The translations under genes were made by a program, and so were the position numbers. The notes under the pieces were generated by a model that did not search any database, was not told the origin of the DNA, and saw only the letters and a program-made list of their open reading frames with translations. Shown one piece after another: positions 41,101 to 50,357 of a DNA stretch of 64,000 nt. The DNA lies in the NCBI GenBank assembly GCA_041690395.1, contig JAWLHJ010000001.1, positions 32,001 through 96,000 on the forward strand, in the 5' to 3' direction. The stretch's first letter is position 1. Every line of letters starts with the position of its first letter. The stretch is from Longimicrobiales bacterium (GTDB lineage: Bacteria; Gemmatimonadota; Gemmatimonadetes; Longimicrobiales; Gaopeijiaceae).

Positions 41101-42239
41101 CCATGGGAGAGATCCGACGCGACGGCATGGCTCGATCCGGACAACCCTGCAAGGCTGAGCAGGGGAGCGCTCAAGTCACTGTTCAGGGAAAGCGCGAGCT
41201 CATAGCTCGCCGCCCCCGTGGCAGCTTCCCACTCCAGCGTCGGCCGAACCTCGGCACCCACCACATCGTCGATCGGTGCCGACAACGTGACCGGCCCGGG
41301 AGGCGTGGGTGCGAGGGTGGAGAAGCTGATCTCGCTCCCGTACGATGTCCCCGCCGCACTGGTGGCGTAGGCCCGCACGTAGATCTGGGTATCCTCGGGA
41401 AGCCCCGTCACTTCCGAGCTGAAAGCTCCGAGGCCCAAGCCCATCGCAACTGCCGAATCCGCCAGCGTAGGCCCAGTCGAGGCAGACCACACCACGCCGG
41501 CAGCGGTCACCGGGTCGTCTCCCTCGCTCGTTACCTCCCCACCCAGGGTCGCGGAGGTCCGTCCAACCCCACTCGCGCTCAGCGTCGTGACGGTCGGCCT
41601 GGTCCTGGGAACCTCGGCATCGGCAATGTCGAAGCTGGCCAGGTTGAAGTCATCCCGCCTGGTTCCGTCGACTACGGTGAACTCAATGCGGATCGCATCG
41701 ATCTGCTTGCCAACGAAACTCGAATAATCGAGCGGCCAGTTGTTCTCCGCCGTCGGACTTTGGTATACGGGCGTCTCGGCCACCAAGACCCCGTCACGAT
41801 ATCCAAGGACCCGAATGTCCCCGTGGTTGCTGCCACCTGCGAACCCGTCGCCGACCACCATGCTCTCGAGACGAAACGAGCCCAGACCTTGAGCAGGGTT
41901 GGCCTGAATCTCCATGTACTGCGCCAGGCCCTCCGCCCCGTGACTGGTCGCCGGGTGGTTGAAGTACGCCCCGAACCCGTCAGCGCCCAGTACGGCATTG
42001 TCCGCGGAGGTGAGGAGGAAGAAGCCGTCCGGGCTGATCATCCTGCCCGAACCTCCCGACTCATAGGAGTAGCCCGTGAAATCCTGTGTAGCGTCAGGCA
42101 GTTGACCGGTGGCGCCCTCGGCGAGTCCCGCCGTGAGGACGCCCGCGATCAGCAGAGCAACCGCGCGCGGCATCATACTCGCGAGCATCGCGCCTACGGC
42201 TCCAGCCCAGGGACGCGTGATTAGTCGGCACTGTTCCAT
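38112..42239 (-). CDS. Large secreted adhesin-like protein: FN3 repeats, Ig-like, YDG and C-terminal DUF11-like domains
   Basis: Repeated GLxPxTTYYVRAYATNxEGTSYG; KAYDGET; VVVTNEG...W-TIDTLASGATAT; signal-like MMPRAVALL...; start must lie downstream of the sigma54 promoter (42239 or ~42188). Confidence 0.8.
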   Translation of the reverse strand: MEQCRLITRPWAGAVGAMLASMMPRAVALLIAGVLTAGLAEGATGQLPDATQDFTGYSYESGGSGRMISPDGFFLLTSADNAVLGADGFGAYFNHPATSHGAEGLAQYMEIQANPAQGLGSFRLESMVVGDGFAGGSNHGDIRVLGYRDGVLVAETPVYQSPTAENNWPLDYSSFVGKQIDAIRIEFTVVDGTRRDDFNLASFDIADAEVPRTRPTVTTLSASGVGRTSATLGGEVTSEGDDPVTAAGVVWSASTGPTLADSAVAMGLGLGAFSSEVTGLPEDTQIYVRAYATSAAGTSYGSEISFSTLAPTPPGPVTLSAPIDDVVGAEVRPTLEWEAATGAASYELALSLNSDLSAPLLSLAGLSGSSHAVASDLSHGTEYFWRVRAVNDDGNGPWSATASFVVETVAPIVTTGAVSDVTSSGASVAGEVTADGGATVTARGVVFATSASPTLADASVVIGSGTGAFNSTLSGLDPATTYYVRAYATNVEGTSYGAETTFTTGAVAPTVTTGAVSDVTASGAGVAGEVTADGGAAVSERGVAYATTSNPTIADASVVSGSGTGAFSADLGGLDPATTYYVRAYATNAEGTSYGAETAFTTGAVPPTVTTGAVSGVTASGASVAGEVTADGGAAVSARGVAYAKAANPSLADASVAGGSGTGAFDAELTGLDAGTTYYVRAYATNAEGTTYGAETTFTTDAVVPTVTTGTVSAVTSADASVAGEVTADGGAAVSARGVVYGTTSNPTVADASVVSGSGTGAFSAGLTDLAPATTYYVRAYATNAEGTSYGSEVSFTTAGVLPTVVTGAVSGVTTDGGTVGAEVTDDGGLTITDRGVVYAIDPSPTLADAVLQSGTGAGSFAADLDGLEPGQTYYARAYATNALGTSYGDEVTIAVDRLAQTIDFGPLEGRVYGDASVALQATASSGLAVTLASSAEDVATVDGGSLVLTGAGQVVITATQAGDGTYLAAPVVQRTLMVERRPVTGTFTIQDPKAYDGETDADVLTRALAGVLPADVGEVTLSGGTATFADADLGSAKTVTLTGASLSGTRAAHYELVAVESTTGSIVTGAPYTVRLEGPDALVAGMPGTYTLTLVDAYGHPTTTDAPLTFSLASSLEGAGSFEPATLSVGAGGSSATFTYTSTQAADAAETLSLEPTGGPALAGGPLPTVQATVAAAEVDHFTVVVDEAVVSEGATVGSEVLVRVTARDAFGNLVPSYNGTAAVTSDTELSSGGGTTPAFVDGVLEAHAVVFGSAGATELTVAATVGGQSVTGTSPSFQTRFAEAQLSIDLVTDEERPALGSEITLQVVVTNEGWTVAGSVVVDDPLAGQDRLEALEVQVDQGSVDETSGAWTIDTLASGATATMTIRARVVQP
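39540..41010 (-). repeat. Five tandem 294-bp (98-aa) FN3-like coding repeats
   Basis: GTAGGCGCGGACGTA recurs at ~39897, ~40485 and ~40779 (multiples of 294); a sixth diverged unit at ~41310-41600. Confidence 0.85.
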
Positions 42240-42296
42240 TCGGGGTCGGCTCCGCCTGACGAGGTATCTCGGGTGAACTGCTGGACCGGCCCAATA

Positions 42297-42311
42297 GCAA
42301 CCGACGTGCCA
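42297..42311 (-). promoter_or_regulatory. sigma54 promoter of the adhesin operon
   Basis: Minus strand TGGCACGTCGGTTGC, a perfect TGGCAC-N5-TTGC. Confidence 0.85.
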
Positions 42312-42339
42312 ACGTCGAGTCATCGCACAAACCATTATC

Positions 42340-42455
42340 AAACAACGTGTTAGGGGATGTGTGAGATCCGCCCCCTCGTCCGTGCCGACGTTCCGTTTCG
42401 TTCCGGCACACCGACGCGTTCCACAACGGAACACCGGCCCGTCTCGGTTCGGAAC
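42340..42455. promoter_or_regulatory. IHF-like site and candidate activator UAS pair
   Basis: AAACAACGTGTTA (42340-42352, one mismatch to WATCAANNNNTTR); GTTCCACAACGGAAC (42418-42432) and GTCTCGGTTCGGAAC (42441-42455). Confidence 0.5.
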
Positions 42456-42542
42456 GGCCCCGGACCGGCACCGCACCCGCCGGACGCAGGAAAGCCCGAA
42501 CCCATCTCCACTTCCTGTCTCGCACGTCCATTCACCGTCGAA

Positions 42543-42557
42543 TGGCACCACCCTTGC
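42543..42557 (+). promoter_or_regulatory. sigma54 promoter of the degenerate kinase gene
   Basis: TGGCACCACCCTTGC, a perfect TGGCAC-N5-TTGC. Confidence 0.8.
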
Positions 42558-42572
42558 CAATCAAGATCCTGA

Positions 42573-43697
42573 ATGACCGCGAGCAGGCCCTCCTTACGAC
42601 GGATCACGGGAATGACGCAGAGCTCGAAGCCAGAACATCTCCGTTGCGGTACCACGCGCCGAGGCACCCTCCATTGCTCACCGGACGGCAGTGTTCTGGC
42701 CGTGGACCAACGGATGGCGGATATGTTGGGGTACGGCACGTGGCAGGAGATGATGGAAGAGGTGCTGTCCATCGAGCAGCTCTTCGCCGACCCCTTCGAG
42801 AAGACACGTGTCCGAGGCCGCATTGAATACGCGCTTACCGAGAATGAAGCGCGATGGCTCAGCGCGGAGGGCACATCGGTGTTCGTGCGTACGCGCGGCC
42901 ATCGTCTGCCGGGCCTTCGGGGAGAAGGCGTCCTGCAGATCGACGTCGACGAGACCACCGCCAGGCGCCACCTGGAGGAGCGACTGCGTCAGATCCTGGA
43001 GGCGCACGTGCTCGAGCGAGCGGCCTCGGGGCTCTCGCATGAGATCAATCAGGTGCTGACCTACGCCATCGGCCACGCGGAACTGATCGCAGAGCGAATC
43101 CCGGACAAGCTCCGCGAAGAGACGCGGGAAGACCTGGATGCACTCCAAACAGCCCTTCTGGACGGCGCCCGCATCACATCACGGCTCAGAGAGATGACAC
43201 GGAGTCGGCTGCTACGACCCGCAGCCGTGGACCTGACCGCGTTCCTGTCTCAGGTGGAGCCCTTGGTCCGCCACCTCTTCGGCCCTGGCCCGGATCTGGA
43301 CCTGAGAACGGACGCCAAGGGTGCGGCTACGGTGTACGCGGATCGCCCGACGCTGGAGGAGGTGCTGGTTCTGCTGATGAGTGCCGTGAGGGATCGGCGT
43401 CGGCCCGGCACGGCCGCTCGTATGTGCGTCCACTCGCCCTCCGACCCGGACGCCACGACCTGGGCCGGAGGACCGCGCCTCGAGGTGCACTTCACCGACG
43501 AGGAAGGCGAGGAGGAGAAGCGCCACGACGACGTCGTCATCGACGCCGTGCGCGTCCGCCTCGACGAGATCGGAGCGACATTCCGGCGCTCCATGGGTCC
43601 CGGTGGTGCGACGACGTGGGCGGCCCGCTTCCTGGGCCCGGCACTGGAGGTCTCTGAAAGGCCCGACGCTCAGTCGTCGTCCGAAATGATCCTGTAG
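42573..43697 (+). CDS. PAS-like + HisKA protein with degenerate HATPase (pseudokinase-like)
   Basis: H-box LSHEINQVL; N/G1/G2 boxes not recognisable; start may be ATG 42612. Confidence 0.7.
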   Translation: MTASRPSLRRITGMTQSSKPEHLRCGTTRRGTLHCSPDGSVLAVDQRMADMLGYGTWQEMMEEVLSIEQLFADPFEKTRVRGRIEYALTENEARWLSAEGTSVFVRTRGHRLPGLRGEGVLQIDVDETTARRHLEERLRQILEAHVLERAASGLSHEINQVLTYAIGHAELIAERIPDKLREETREDLDALQTALLDGARITSRLREMTRSRLLRPAAVDLTAFLSQVEPLVRHLFGPGPDLDLRTDAKGAATVYADRPTLEEVLVLLMSAVRDRRRPGTAARMCVHSPSDPDATTWAGGPRLEVHFTDEEGEEEKRHDDVVIDAVRVRLDEIGATFRRSMGPGGATTWAARFLGPALEVSERPDAQSSSEMIL

Positions 43698-45046
43698 AGG
43701 CGCGCCGGCGAGATTCCAAGTCGTCGGGCAGCTTCGCGCTTGTTCCCCTCCACCCGCTCCAGCACCTCCAGGACGTGGGCCCGGACCACCACATCGAGCT
43801 CCTCGACAGGCTCCGGAGACGAGGTCGGCGCTCCGCCGTGATCGTGACGCGCGTCGTGCTCCCGCACGGCACGTTCCCGGCCCTGGGGCAGCCCCGTAAG
43901 CCCGAGAGCCTCCAACGTCACATTGGGTCCCCGAGACATGGCCACGGCTCGCATCAACGCATTCTCCAGCTCGCGCACGTTGCCGGGCCACGGGTGATTC
44001 ATCAGCGCGTCCATCACATCCGGCGGGATATGATGCACAGGCTTCTCCAGCCGCTCGGCAGCGACCCTCAACAGATGGAGCGCGATGCGGGGGATGTCCT
44101 GGCGGCGTTCGGCCAGGGCGGGAACCGTCACTTCCACCACCCGAAGCCGGAAGTACAGGTCGGACCGGAACTCGCCTGCTTCGATCATCGTCTCGAGTGG
44201 ACGGTGCGTGGCCGCCATCACGCGCGCCTTGAGGGGGCGAGCCCGCTCCGAGCCGAGAGGCGTGAACTCACGCTCCTGGATGACCCGGAGGAGCTTGGTC
44301 TGGAACGACGCGCTCGTGTCACCGATCTCGTCCAGGAGAAGGGTGCCGTCCCCCGCCAGCTCGAGGGCACCCCGGCGTGAGGTCTGCGCCCCCGTGAAGG
44401 CGCCCCGCTCGTGACCGAAGAGCTCGGACTCCAGCAGCCCGTCCGGCAGCGCCGCGCAGTTGACGGCCAGGAACGGGCGATCGTCCATCTGGTGGCTGTG
44501 GATGGTCCTGGCCACCAGCTCCTTGCCTGTGCCGCTGGGTCCGCGGATGAGCACAGGGCTTCGACTCGTGGCAGCCATCCCCATGAGCTTGAAGACCTCC
44601 AGCATCTTCGGGGCGGCGCCCACGAGCTTCCCCGCGCTCGCTTTTCCTCCACCGACCGCGGCGGCGCCCGCCGCTCGGCGCTCCTCCTGATCGCTCAGAC
44701 AGCGACCCACGAGCCCCAGGATCGTCTCCCGGTCGAAGGGCTTCGCAAGGAAGTCGTACGCCCCGCGCTGCATCGCCTCCACGGCGATGCTCAGGTCATC
44801 CATCCCCGTCATGACGATGACATCGCCGTCGGGATTCGCCTTCTTCAGGTCGCCGAGAATCTCGAGCCCACTTCCGTCGGGAAGCTGAAGATCGAGCAGC
44901 ACCAGATCGGGGGCTTCCGCGGCCTGAGAACGGGCCGTGGCGAGGTCCGGCGCCAACAGGACGTCCATGCCTTCACGCCGGAGGGCCCGTCGAAGGACGG
45001 AGCGCTGGGCGTCGTCGTCCTCGACGATGAGGATTCGCTTCGGCAT
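43670..45046 (-). CDS. sigma54-dependent NtrC-family response regulator
   Basis: ILIVEDD, LLDLQLP, GPSGTGKE, ESELFGHERGAFTGA, WPGNVREL, Fis-type HTH. Confidence 0.95.
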   Translation of the reverse strand: MPKRILIVEDDDAQRSVLRRALRREGMDVLLAPDLATARSQAAEAPDLVLLDLQLPDGSGLEILGDLKKANPDGDVIVMTGMDDLSIAVEAMQRGAYDFLAKPFDRETILGLVGRCLSDQEERRAAGAAAVGGGKASAGKLVGAAPKMLEVFKLMGMAATSRSPVLIRGPSGTGKELVARTIHSHQMDDRPFLAVNCAALPDGLLESELFGHERGAFTGAQTSRRGALELAGDGTLLLDEIGDTSASFQTKLLRVIQEREFTPLGSERARPLKARVMAATHRPLETMIEAGEFRSDLYFRLRVVEVTVPALAERRQDIPRIALHLLRVAAERLEKPVHHIPPDVMDALMNHPWPGNVRELENALMRAVAMSRGPNVTLEALGLTGLPQGRERAVREHDARHDHGGAPTSSPEPVEELDVVVRAHVLEVLERVEGNKREAARRLGISPARLYRIISDDD

Positions 45047-45126
45047 CGGGGAGGGAGTAGAGAAGACGGGAGGATGACACAGGGATCGTAGTCGCGCATA
45101 ACGGCCGTGGAAAGCGTCACACGGAG

Positions 45127-45156
45127 TTCCACACCTTGCCGGCCGAAGGTGTGGAA
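45127..45156. repeat. 30-bp 11-8-11 palindrome, copy 1
   Basis: TTCCACACCTT-GCCGGCCG-AAGGTGTGGAA. Confidence 0.85.
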
Positions 45157-45431
45157 GGGCATCCAACAAACCATGCCTGTCGCACCACAGGTCAGGAACT
45201 CCACCGTAGGCAGGCACGCCGGGTTTTGCCGCCTGGGTGATCGACCGAGGTGGCCCTGAGTCCGCGTCTACCGATTCCGACACGTCTCGAAACGGGCGTG
45301 CGGTCGAATCGTTACTGAATCGTCGCCGGGCGGTAGCCGCCAGCCGGTCGATTGAGTGGTGGACGTGATTAGCGCAACGGACTCGCAGTCTGCATCTTGG
45401 AAAAAAATGGCCAAGGAGAAGCACACGGATC

Positions 45432-47522
45432 ATGAAAGGAAGGGGCACGATCAACCAGGCTCGGGAATCAGCGCCCGACTTCCGCGCGCTTTTCGAGTCT
45501 GCCCCTTGCTTCTACTTGGCCCTCGAGCCGGACTCACCTCGGTTCACCATCGCCGGCGTAAGCGACGGGTACGCACGGGCCACGATGACCAAGCGCGAGC
45601 AGATCGTCGGTCGTGGATTGTTCGAAGCCTTCCCGGACGACCCAGGCGCCACCGACGTCCGCAACCTCGGTGCTTCCCTCGAGCGCGTGCTCGAAAGTCG
45701 AGCCGCGGACACGATGGCGGTACAGAGGTACGACATTCGGCTATCCGAAGAGGAGGGAGGCGGCCTCGCGGAACGCTGGTGGCGCCCCGTCAACTCGCCG
45801 GTCTTCGGTCTGGATGGGGAGGTTGTCTACATCGTCCATCGCGTCGTGGACGTGACCGAGGTCGTCCGCCTCGAACAGGCCGACGAGGAGCGACAGAAGC
45901 TCCCCGCAGAGTTCGAGGATGCTCATCACCTCGCCGGGGGGAAAGTCACGGGCATCGTATCCACCTCAGCGGATGCGATCATCGTCATCGACAAAGACCA
46001 GCGCATCAGGATGTTCAACGACGGTGCCGAGAACATCTTCGGACACGCGAGAGCCGAAGTCGTTGGAGCCCCGCTGGAGATCCTCATCCCTGAACGGCTC
46101 CGTGCAATCCACCGGCAGCACGTGGAAAAGTTCGCCACGGACGAGAGCGTCTCACGGCGAATGGGAGGACGCGGTGCCGTGTCGATCTTGGGGCTGCGGA
46201 AGAACGGCGAGGAGTTCCCCGCTGACGTCACGATCTCGACGTTCGAGGCGGGTGGCGAGTCGATGTCCACGGCCGTTCTTCGCGACATGACCGAGCAGCG
46301 ACGAATCGCCCGTGAGCAGAGGTTCCTCGCCGAAGTAGGTCCGCTGCTGGCGGCTACCCTCGATTTCGAGGAGACACTGTCGGGAATCGCAGAAATCGTG
46401 GTGCGGGAACTCGCCGATCTCTGCATCGTCGACATCAAGGAGAGTGGAGAGGTTTGGCGGTTCAGGGTGCTCGCCCGAGAGCCATCCCAGGCGGCGACTG
46501 CTGAAACGCTCATGCGGATTCCGCTCGATGGAAAGCAGCAACGCATGGTCGAGACCGTTCTCGAAGCGAAGAGACCTGTCCTGGTCGAGCGTGTGACACC
46601 GAAGGACCTCGCTTCCTGGACCGAGAGCGAGGAGAGCCTGCGTGCCCTTCTCGACCTCAATGTGCAGTCGATCTTGGCGGTGCCGCTGGTTGCGCATCGC
46701 GACTGCCTGGGACTCCTCGTGCTCATCGCGTCGACCCGGTCGTATGGGCCAGCCGATCTCTTTCTGGTGGAAGAGCTCGCGCACCGCGCTGCGCTGTCGA
46801 TCGAGAATGCCCGGCTCTATCGCACAGCGAAGCAGGCAATTCAGCTTCGTGACGACCTCATGAGCTTCGTGGCTCACGACCTCCGCAACCCGCTACACAC
46901 AATCGTCTCGGCGGCCTCGCGGCTGCCCCCGCGCCAAGACGAGTCCGAGCGTCGCTCACGGAGCCCGGCTGAAATGATCGGGCGCGCGGCCAACCGAATG
47001 GACCGGCTCATCCAGGATCTGCTCGACGTCAACGACATGGAGGCAGGTCGTCTATCCATCCGACAGGACCGCGTGTGTATTGCGACGATTGTCTCCGATG
47101 CTCTCGATGCCCAGGAGTCTCTGGCCGCCTCGGCCTCCCTCGAGCTTCGGCCCGACATCGCCCCGGCCCTCCCTGACGTGTGGGGGGATCGCGACCGACT
47201 CCTCCAGGTCTTCGAGAACCTCATCGGCAACGCCCTCAAGTTCGTGGAGCCAGGGGGCCGCATCACGGTTGGAGCCGCGCCGCGAGACGGCGAGGTGCTG
47301 TTCTGGGTCGCGGACACGGGCCCGGGCGTTGCCGCCGAGGACATGCCGCATCTCTTCGAGCGATTCTGGCGTGGGGAGCGGAAGGGCAGCGGTGCTGGAC
47401 TGGGCCTGCCGATCGTCAAGGGCATCGTCGAGACCCATAGCGGGCGCGTCTCGGTCGAGAGCACGCCAGGGCAGGGCAGCACTTTCTACTTCACGATTCC
47501 GACTGCACCGCGCGTGGCTTGA
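45432..47522 (+). CDS. PAS-PAS-GAF sensor histidine kinase
   Basis: AHDLRNPL, NLIGNALKF, DTGPG and GAGLGL motifs. Confidence 0.93.
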   Translation: MKGRGTINQARESAPDFRALFESAPCFYLALEPDSPRFTIAGVSDGYARATMTKREQIVGRGLFEAFPDDPGATDVRNLGASLERVLESRAADTMAVQRYDIRLSEEEGGGLAERWWRPVNSPVFGLDGEVVYIVHRVVDVTEVVRLEQADEERQKLPAEFEDAHHLAGGKVTGIVSTSADAIIVIDKDQRIRMFNDGAENIFGHARAEVVGAPLEILIPERLRAIHRQHVEKFATDESVSRRMGGRGAVSILGLRKNGEEFPADVTISTFEAGGESMSTAVLRDMTEQRRIAREQRFLAEVGPLLAATLDFEETLSGIAEIVVRELADLCIVDIKESGEVWRFRVLAREPSQAATAETLMRIPLDGKQQRMVETVLEAKRPVLVERVTPKDLASWTESEESLRALLDLNVQSILAVPLVAHRDCLGLLVLIASTRSYGPADLFLVEELAHRAALSIENARLYRTAKQAIQLRDDLMSFVAHDLRNPLHTIVSAASRLPPRQDESERRSRSPAEMIGRAANRMDRLIQDLLDVNDMEAGRLSIRQDRVCIATIVSDALDAQESLAASASLELRPDIAPALPDVWGDRDRLLQVFENLIGNALKFVEPGGRITVGAAPRDGEVLFWVADTGPGVAAEDMPHLFERFWRGERKGSGAGLGLPIVKGIVETHSGRVSVESTPGQGSTFYFTIPTAPRVA

Positions 47523-47643
47523 GCGGTCCTGGTAGGCTCTCGCGGCTGCAGGGCGACCCCGGTGCCGCGACCTCAGCCCGATCAGCCAACCTGTTGTCGC
47601 ACGACGATGACCGAGGGCGGATGCCGATCCGTGGGCACACGGG

Positions 47644-47673
47644 TTCCACACCTTGCCGGATACAGGTGTGGAA
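47644..47673. repeat. 30-bp 11-8-11 palindrome, copy 2
   Basis: TTCCACACCTT-GCCGGATA-CAGGTGTGGAA; flanks CACACGG/GGCAT shared with copy 1. Confidence 0.85.
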
Positions 47674-47773
47674 GGCATGATCGCGGACGCGGAGCTCACT
47701 GCGGACATCCTGCTGCCGGATCCCGCGCCCGACGGCTCGATGGCCGATTTGTCATCGGACGTGGAATCCCCGA

Positions 47774-50272
47774 ATGGAGAGCATCGGATTGAGATTCTCC
47801 CTGAGCCTCGCGGTCCGCCGGCTGCGGCGCACTCCCGTGTTCACCGTGACGGCCATCGGTTCCTTGTGCCTCGGGACCGGTCTCGCGAGCTCGTTGGCCG
47901 CGGTTGTCGAGGGTGCTCTGCGGTCGACGCTTCCGTACGCGAGCCCTGACCGCCTCGTCGAGATCCTGCCGACGGCTCGGCCTGGCAGCAGCACGCCGTC
48001 GGACTTCGGAATCCCCGCGCACCTGGCCTCGCAGTGGATCGAGGCTGAAATGCGAACCGTGGCGGGACTCGTAGGGGAAGGCATGGCTCAGCCGAGGACG
48101 GTGCTGTCGGCCGATGGCTCTCACAGGGTCGACCAAAGGGTCGTGCTGGGCGACTGGTTTGGCACCCTGGGGGTTGCGGCTCGCTTGGGCCGCGTTCTGG
48201 ACCGAGCGGATCTCCGCCCAGATGCCCCACCGACACTGGTCGCGAGCGACCGCTTCTGGCGGGAGCACCTGTCCGGCGCACCCAATGCCCTCGGGGAATC
48301 CATCACGATCGCCGACGTGACATATGTCCTGGTCGGCATTCTGCCGAGATCCTACACATCCGATGCCGCCGTCTGGGTGAACCACTCCGGCTCCGACGCG
48401 CCTCCTGGCGCCTACCGGATGGTCGCGCGCTTGGGAGACGGCTTCACCGCGCGGGATGTCGGGACCGAGCTGACACGCGCCGTCTCGCTGGATGGTCGGG
48501 TGGAAGGCGGGGTCGTGGCGGTGCCCTCGATAGAAGTGAGTGCCGCGGTCGATCGATCGCGGCTCTGGATACTGGTGGGCTCTGTCTGCGCGATTCTTCT
48601 GGTGGGTGTCCTGAACCTCACCACCCTCTTTCTCGTGCGAGCCCAGGCCAAACGAGCGGACATGGCCGTCCGTCGCTCGCTGGGCGCATCGACACGGGAC
48701 CTCGTCAGAGAAACCCTCGAGGATAGCGCCCTCCTGGGCATGGTCGGGGGTGGAGGTGGGCTCCTTCTCGCCCTTTGGGGACGTGACCTCGTCTACGAGT
48801 TCGCCAGGGCCTCCACACCCCGCTCCGCCACTCCCGGACTTGGTGTAGCCTCACTTCTGGTCGCGGTGACCGTGCCTCTGTTGATCTCGGGCGCGGTCGC
48901 GTTTCAGGAATCTCGCACCTTTGCTCGCGATCCTTTGAGATCAGTCCTCCAGACGCGTTCCGGCGGCTCGTCCGGCACGGCTCGAGACCGTCGAGTCCGC
49001 CATTCATTCGTGGCGCTACAGGTTGCTGGGTCGGTCGTGCTGGTGGTTACGGGCGTCATGCTTGGATTCGCGTTTCAGGAGTATCGCGGCCTAGATGTGG
49101 GGTACGATCTCGACCGGGCCGTACTCTTGGTACCGGACTACGAGGACGGAGGCGTGGATCGGGGCGGGCAGTGGGCCGCGGCCGGACGCCTTTTCCAGCA
49201 TTTGTCCCAACGGGAGGAGATCGCCGGTATCGGGCTGATCCGTATCACCTACCAGCCGTTCCCACCCGCGCCGGAAGGCCGCCTCAGAATCGATCTCGGT
49301 TCCGCGGGCGTCGAGACACTCCAAAGCCGAGGTGCGTTCTACGAGGTGGACCCGACGTTCTTCGATGTAACGGGCGTCCGGCTCACCCGTGGTAGAGGCT
49401 TCACCCAGAACGACACCGAGATCGCGCCAGCAGTGGCAATCGTCAATGACGCGGCAGCAATGAGGTGGTGGCGAGGTGAGAGTCCCATTGGCCGGCAAGT
49501 CCAGCTGGGGGCCGGAGGCGAGTGGTTGACCGTGGTCGGGACGGTCGATGCGACCCACCGACCGAGCTCCATCGGGCGCCTTGTCCGGGCTCAAGGGGTT
49601 GTGGAGGAACCGCTCCTCTTCCGACCACTCGCGCAGTCGGCGACGCTCCCTCCCGGGTGGACTGGAGAGGTCGGCTGTTCCGATATCACGGGGGGTTGTG
49701 GAGCCATCCACCTGTTCGTCCAGGCTACGGACGAGCCGTCCCATGCGATGCGGGCCATCCAAGAGGAGATGGGATCGGCGAAGCCCATGCTCGAGATTGC
49801 GGAACTTCAGACTATCCCGGAAGCCCACCTCGGATTCATCGGCCAGGAGATCCAACTGCTCAATCGGATGGTGACCTGGGCGGGAGCCATAGGTGTGGTC
49901 CTGGGCCTTCTCGGCATCGTGGGCGTCGTGTCGGACGGCGTGACGCGGAGGACCAGAGAGATCGGCGTCAGGATGGCCCTCGGAGCCCGAGCGCCGCAGA
50001 TCATCTCGGCGATGGGTCGGGAGGCGGTCCTGACCACCATGGCCGGAGTGGGCATCGGATTAGTGTCCCTGTTCGCGCTCTCCGAGAACCTGGTGCGGGT
50101 GCCTTTCTTCGAACTGGTGATCAGTCGTTGGCAGCTGGCCTCGGGCCTGCTGAGCCCGGTGCCCCTGCTGACGGGAATCGGCTCCTTGCTCCTTATCGCC
50201 TTCGTGGCGACCGCTCTGACTGCGCTGAGGGCCCTTCAGGTCGACCCGGCGGTCACGCTGCGGGCAGAGTAG
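47774..50272 (+). CDS. MacB/FtsX-type duplicated orphan ABC permease (ADOP-like)
   Basis: RRLRRTPVFT, MAVRRSLGAS, RRTREIGVRMALGA and VDPAVTLRAE motifs; no ATPase adjacent. Confidence 0.88.
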   Translation: MESIGLRFSLSLAVRRLRRTPVFTVTAIGSLCLGTGLASSLAAVVEGALRSTLPYASPDRLVEILPTARPGSSTPSDFGIPAHLASQWIEAEMRTVAGLVGEGMAQPRTVLSADGSHRVDQRVVLGDWFGTLGVAARLGRVLDRADLRPDAPPTLVASDRFWREHLSGAPNALGESITIADVTYVLVGILPRSYTSDAAVWVNHSGSDAPPGAYRMVARLGDGFTARDVGTELTRAVSLDGRVEGGVVAVPSIEVSAAVDRSRLWILVGSVCAILLVGVLNLTTLFLVRAQAKRADMAVRRSLGASTRDLVRETLEDSALLGMVGGGGGLLLALWGRDLVYEFARASTPRSATPGLGVASLLVAVTVPLLISGAVAFQESRTFARDPLRSVLQTRSGGSSGTARDRRVRHSFVALQVAGSVVLVVTGVMLGFAFQEYRGLDVGYDLDRAVLLVPDYEDGGVDRGGQWAAAGRLFQHLSQREEIAGIGLIRITYQPFPPAPEGRLRIDLGSAGVETLQSRGAFYEVDPTFFDVTGVRLTRGRGFTQNDTEIAPAVAIVNDAAAMRWWRGESPIGRQVQLGAGGEWLTVVGTVDATHRPSSIGRLVRAQGVVEEPLLFRPLAQSATLPPGWTGEVGCSDITGGCGAIHLFVQATDEPSHAMRAIQEEMGSAKPMLEIAELQTIPEAHLGFIGQEIQLLNRMVTWAGAIGVVLGLLGIVGVVSDGVTRRTREIGVRMALGARAPQIISAMGREAVLTTMAGVGIGLVSLFALSENLVRVPFFELVISRWQLASGLLSPVPLLTGIGSLLLIAFVATALTALRALQVDPAVTLRAE

Positions 50273-50357
50273 GCGGCGAGGACGTAGCGATTGATGCCAC
50301 GGGACGTTACGCCGTGTTCTCGTTGACCCCCCGGGACTCCGCATAGAGACTTCTGGT

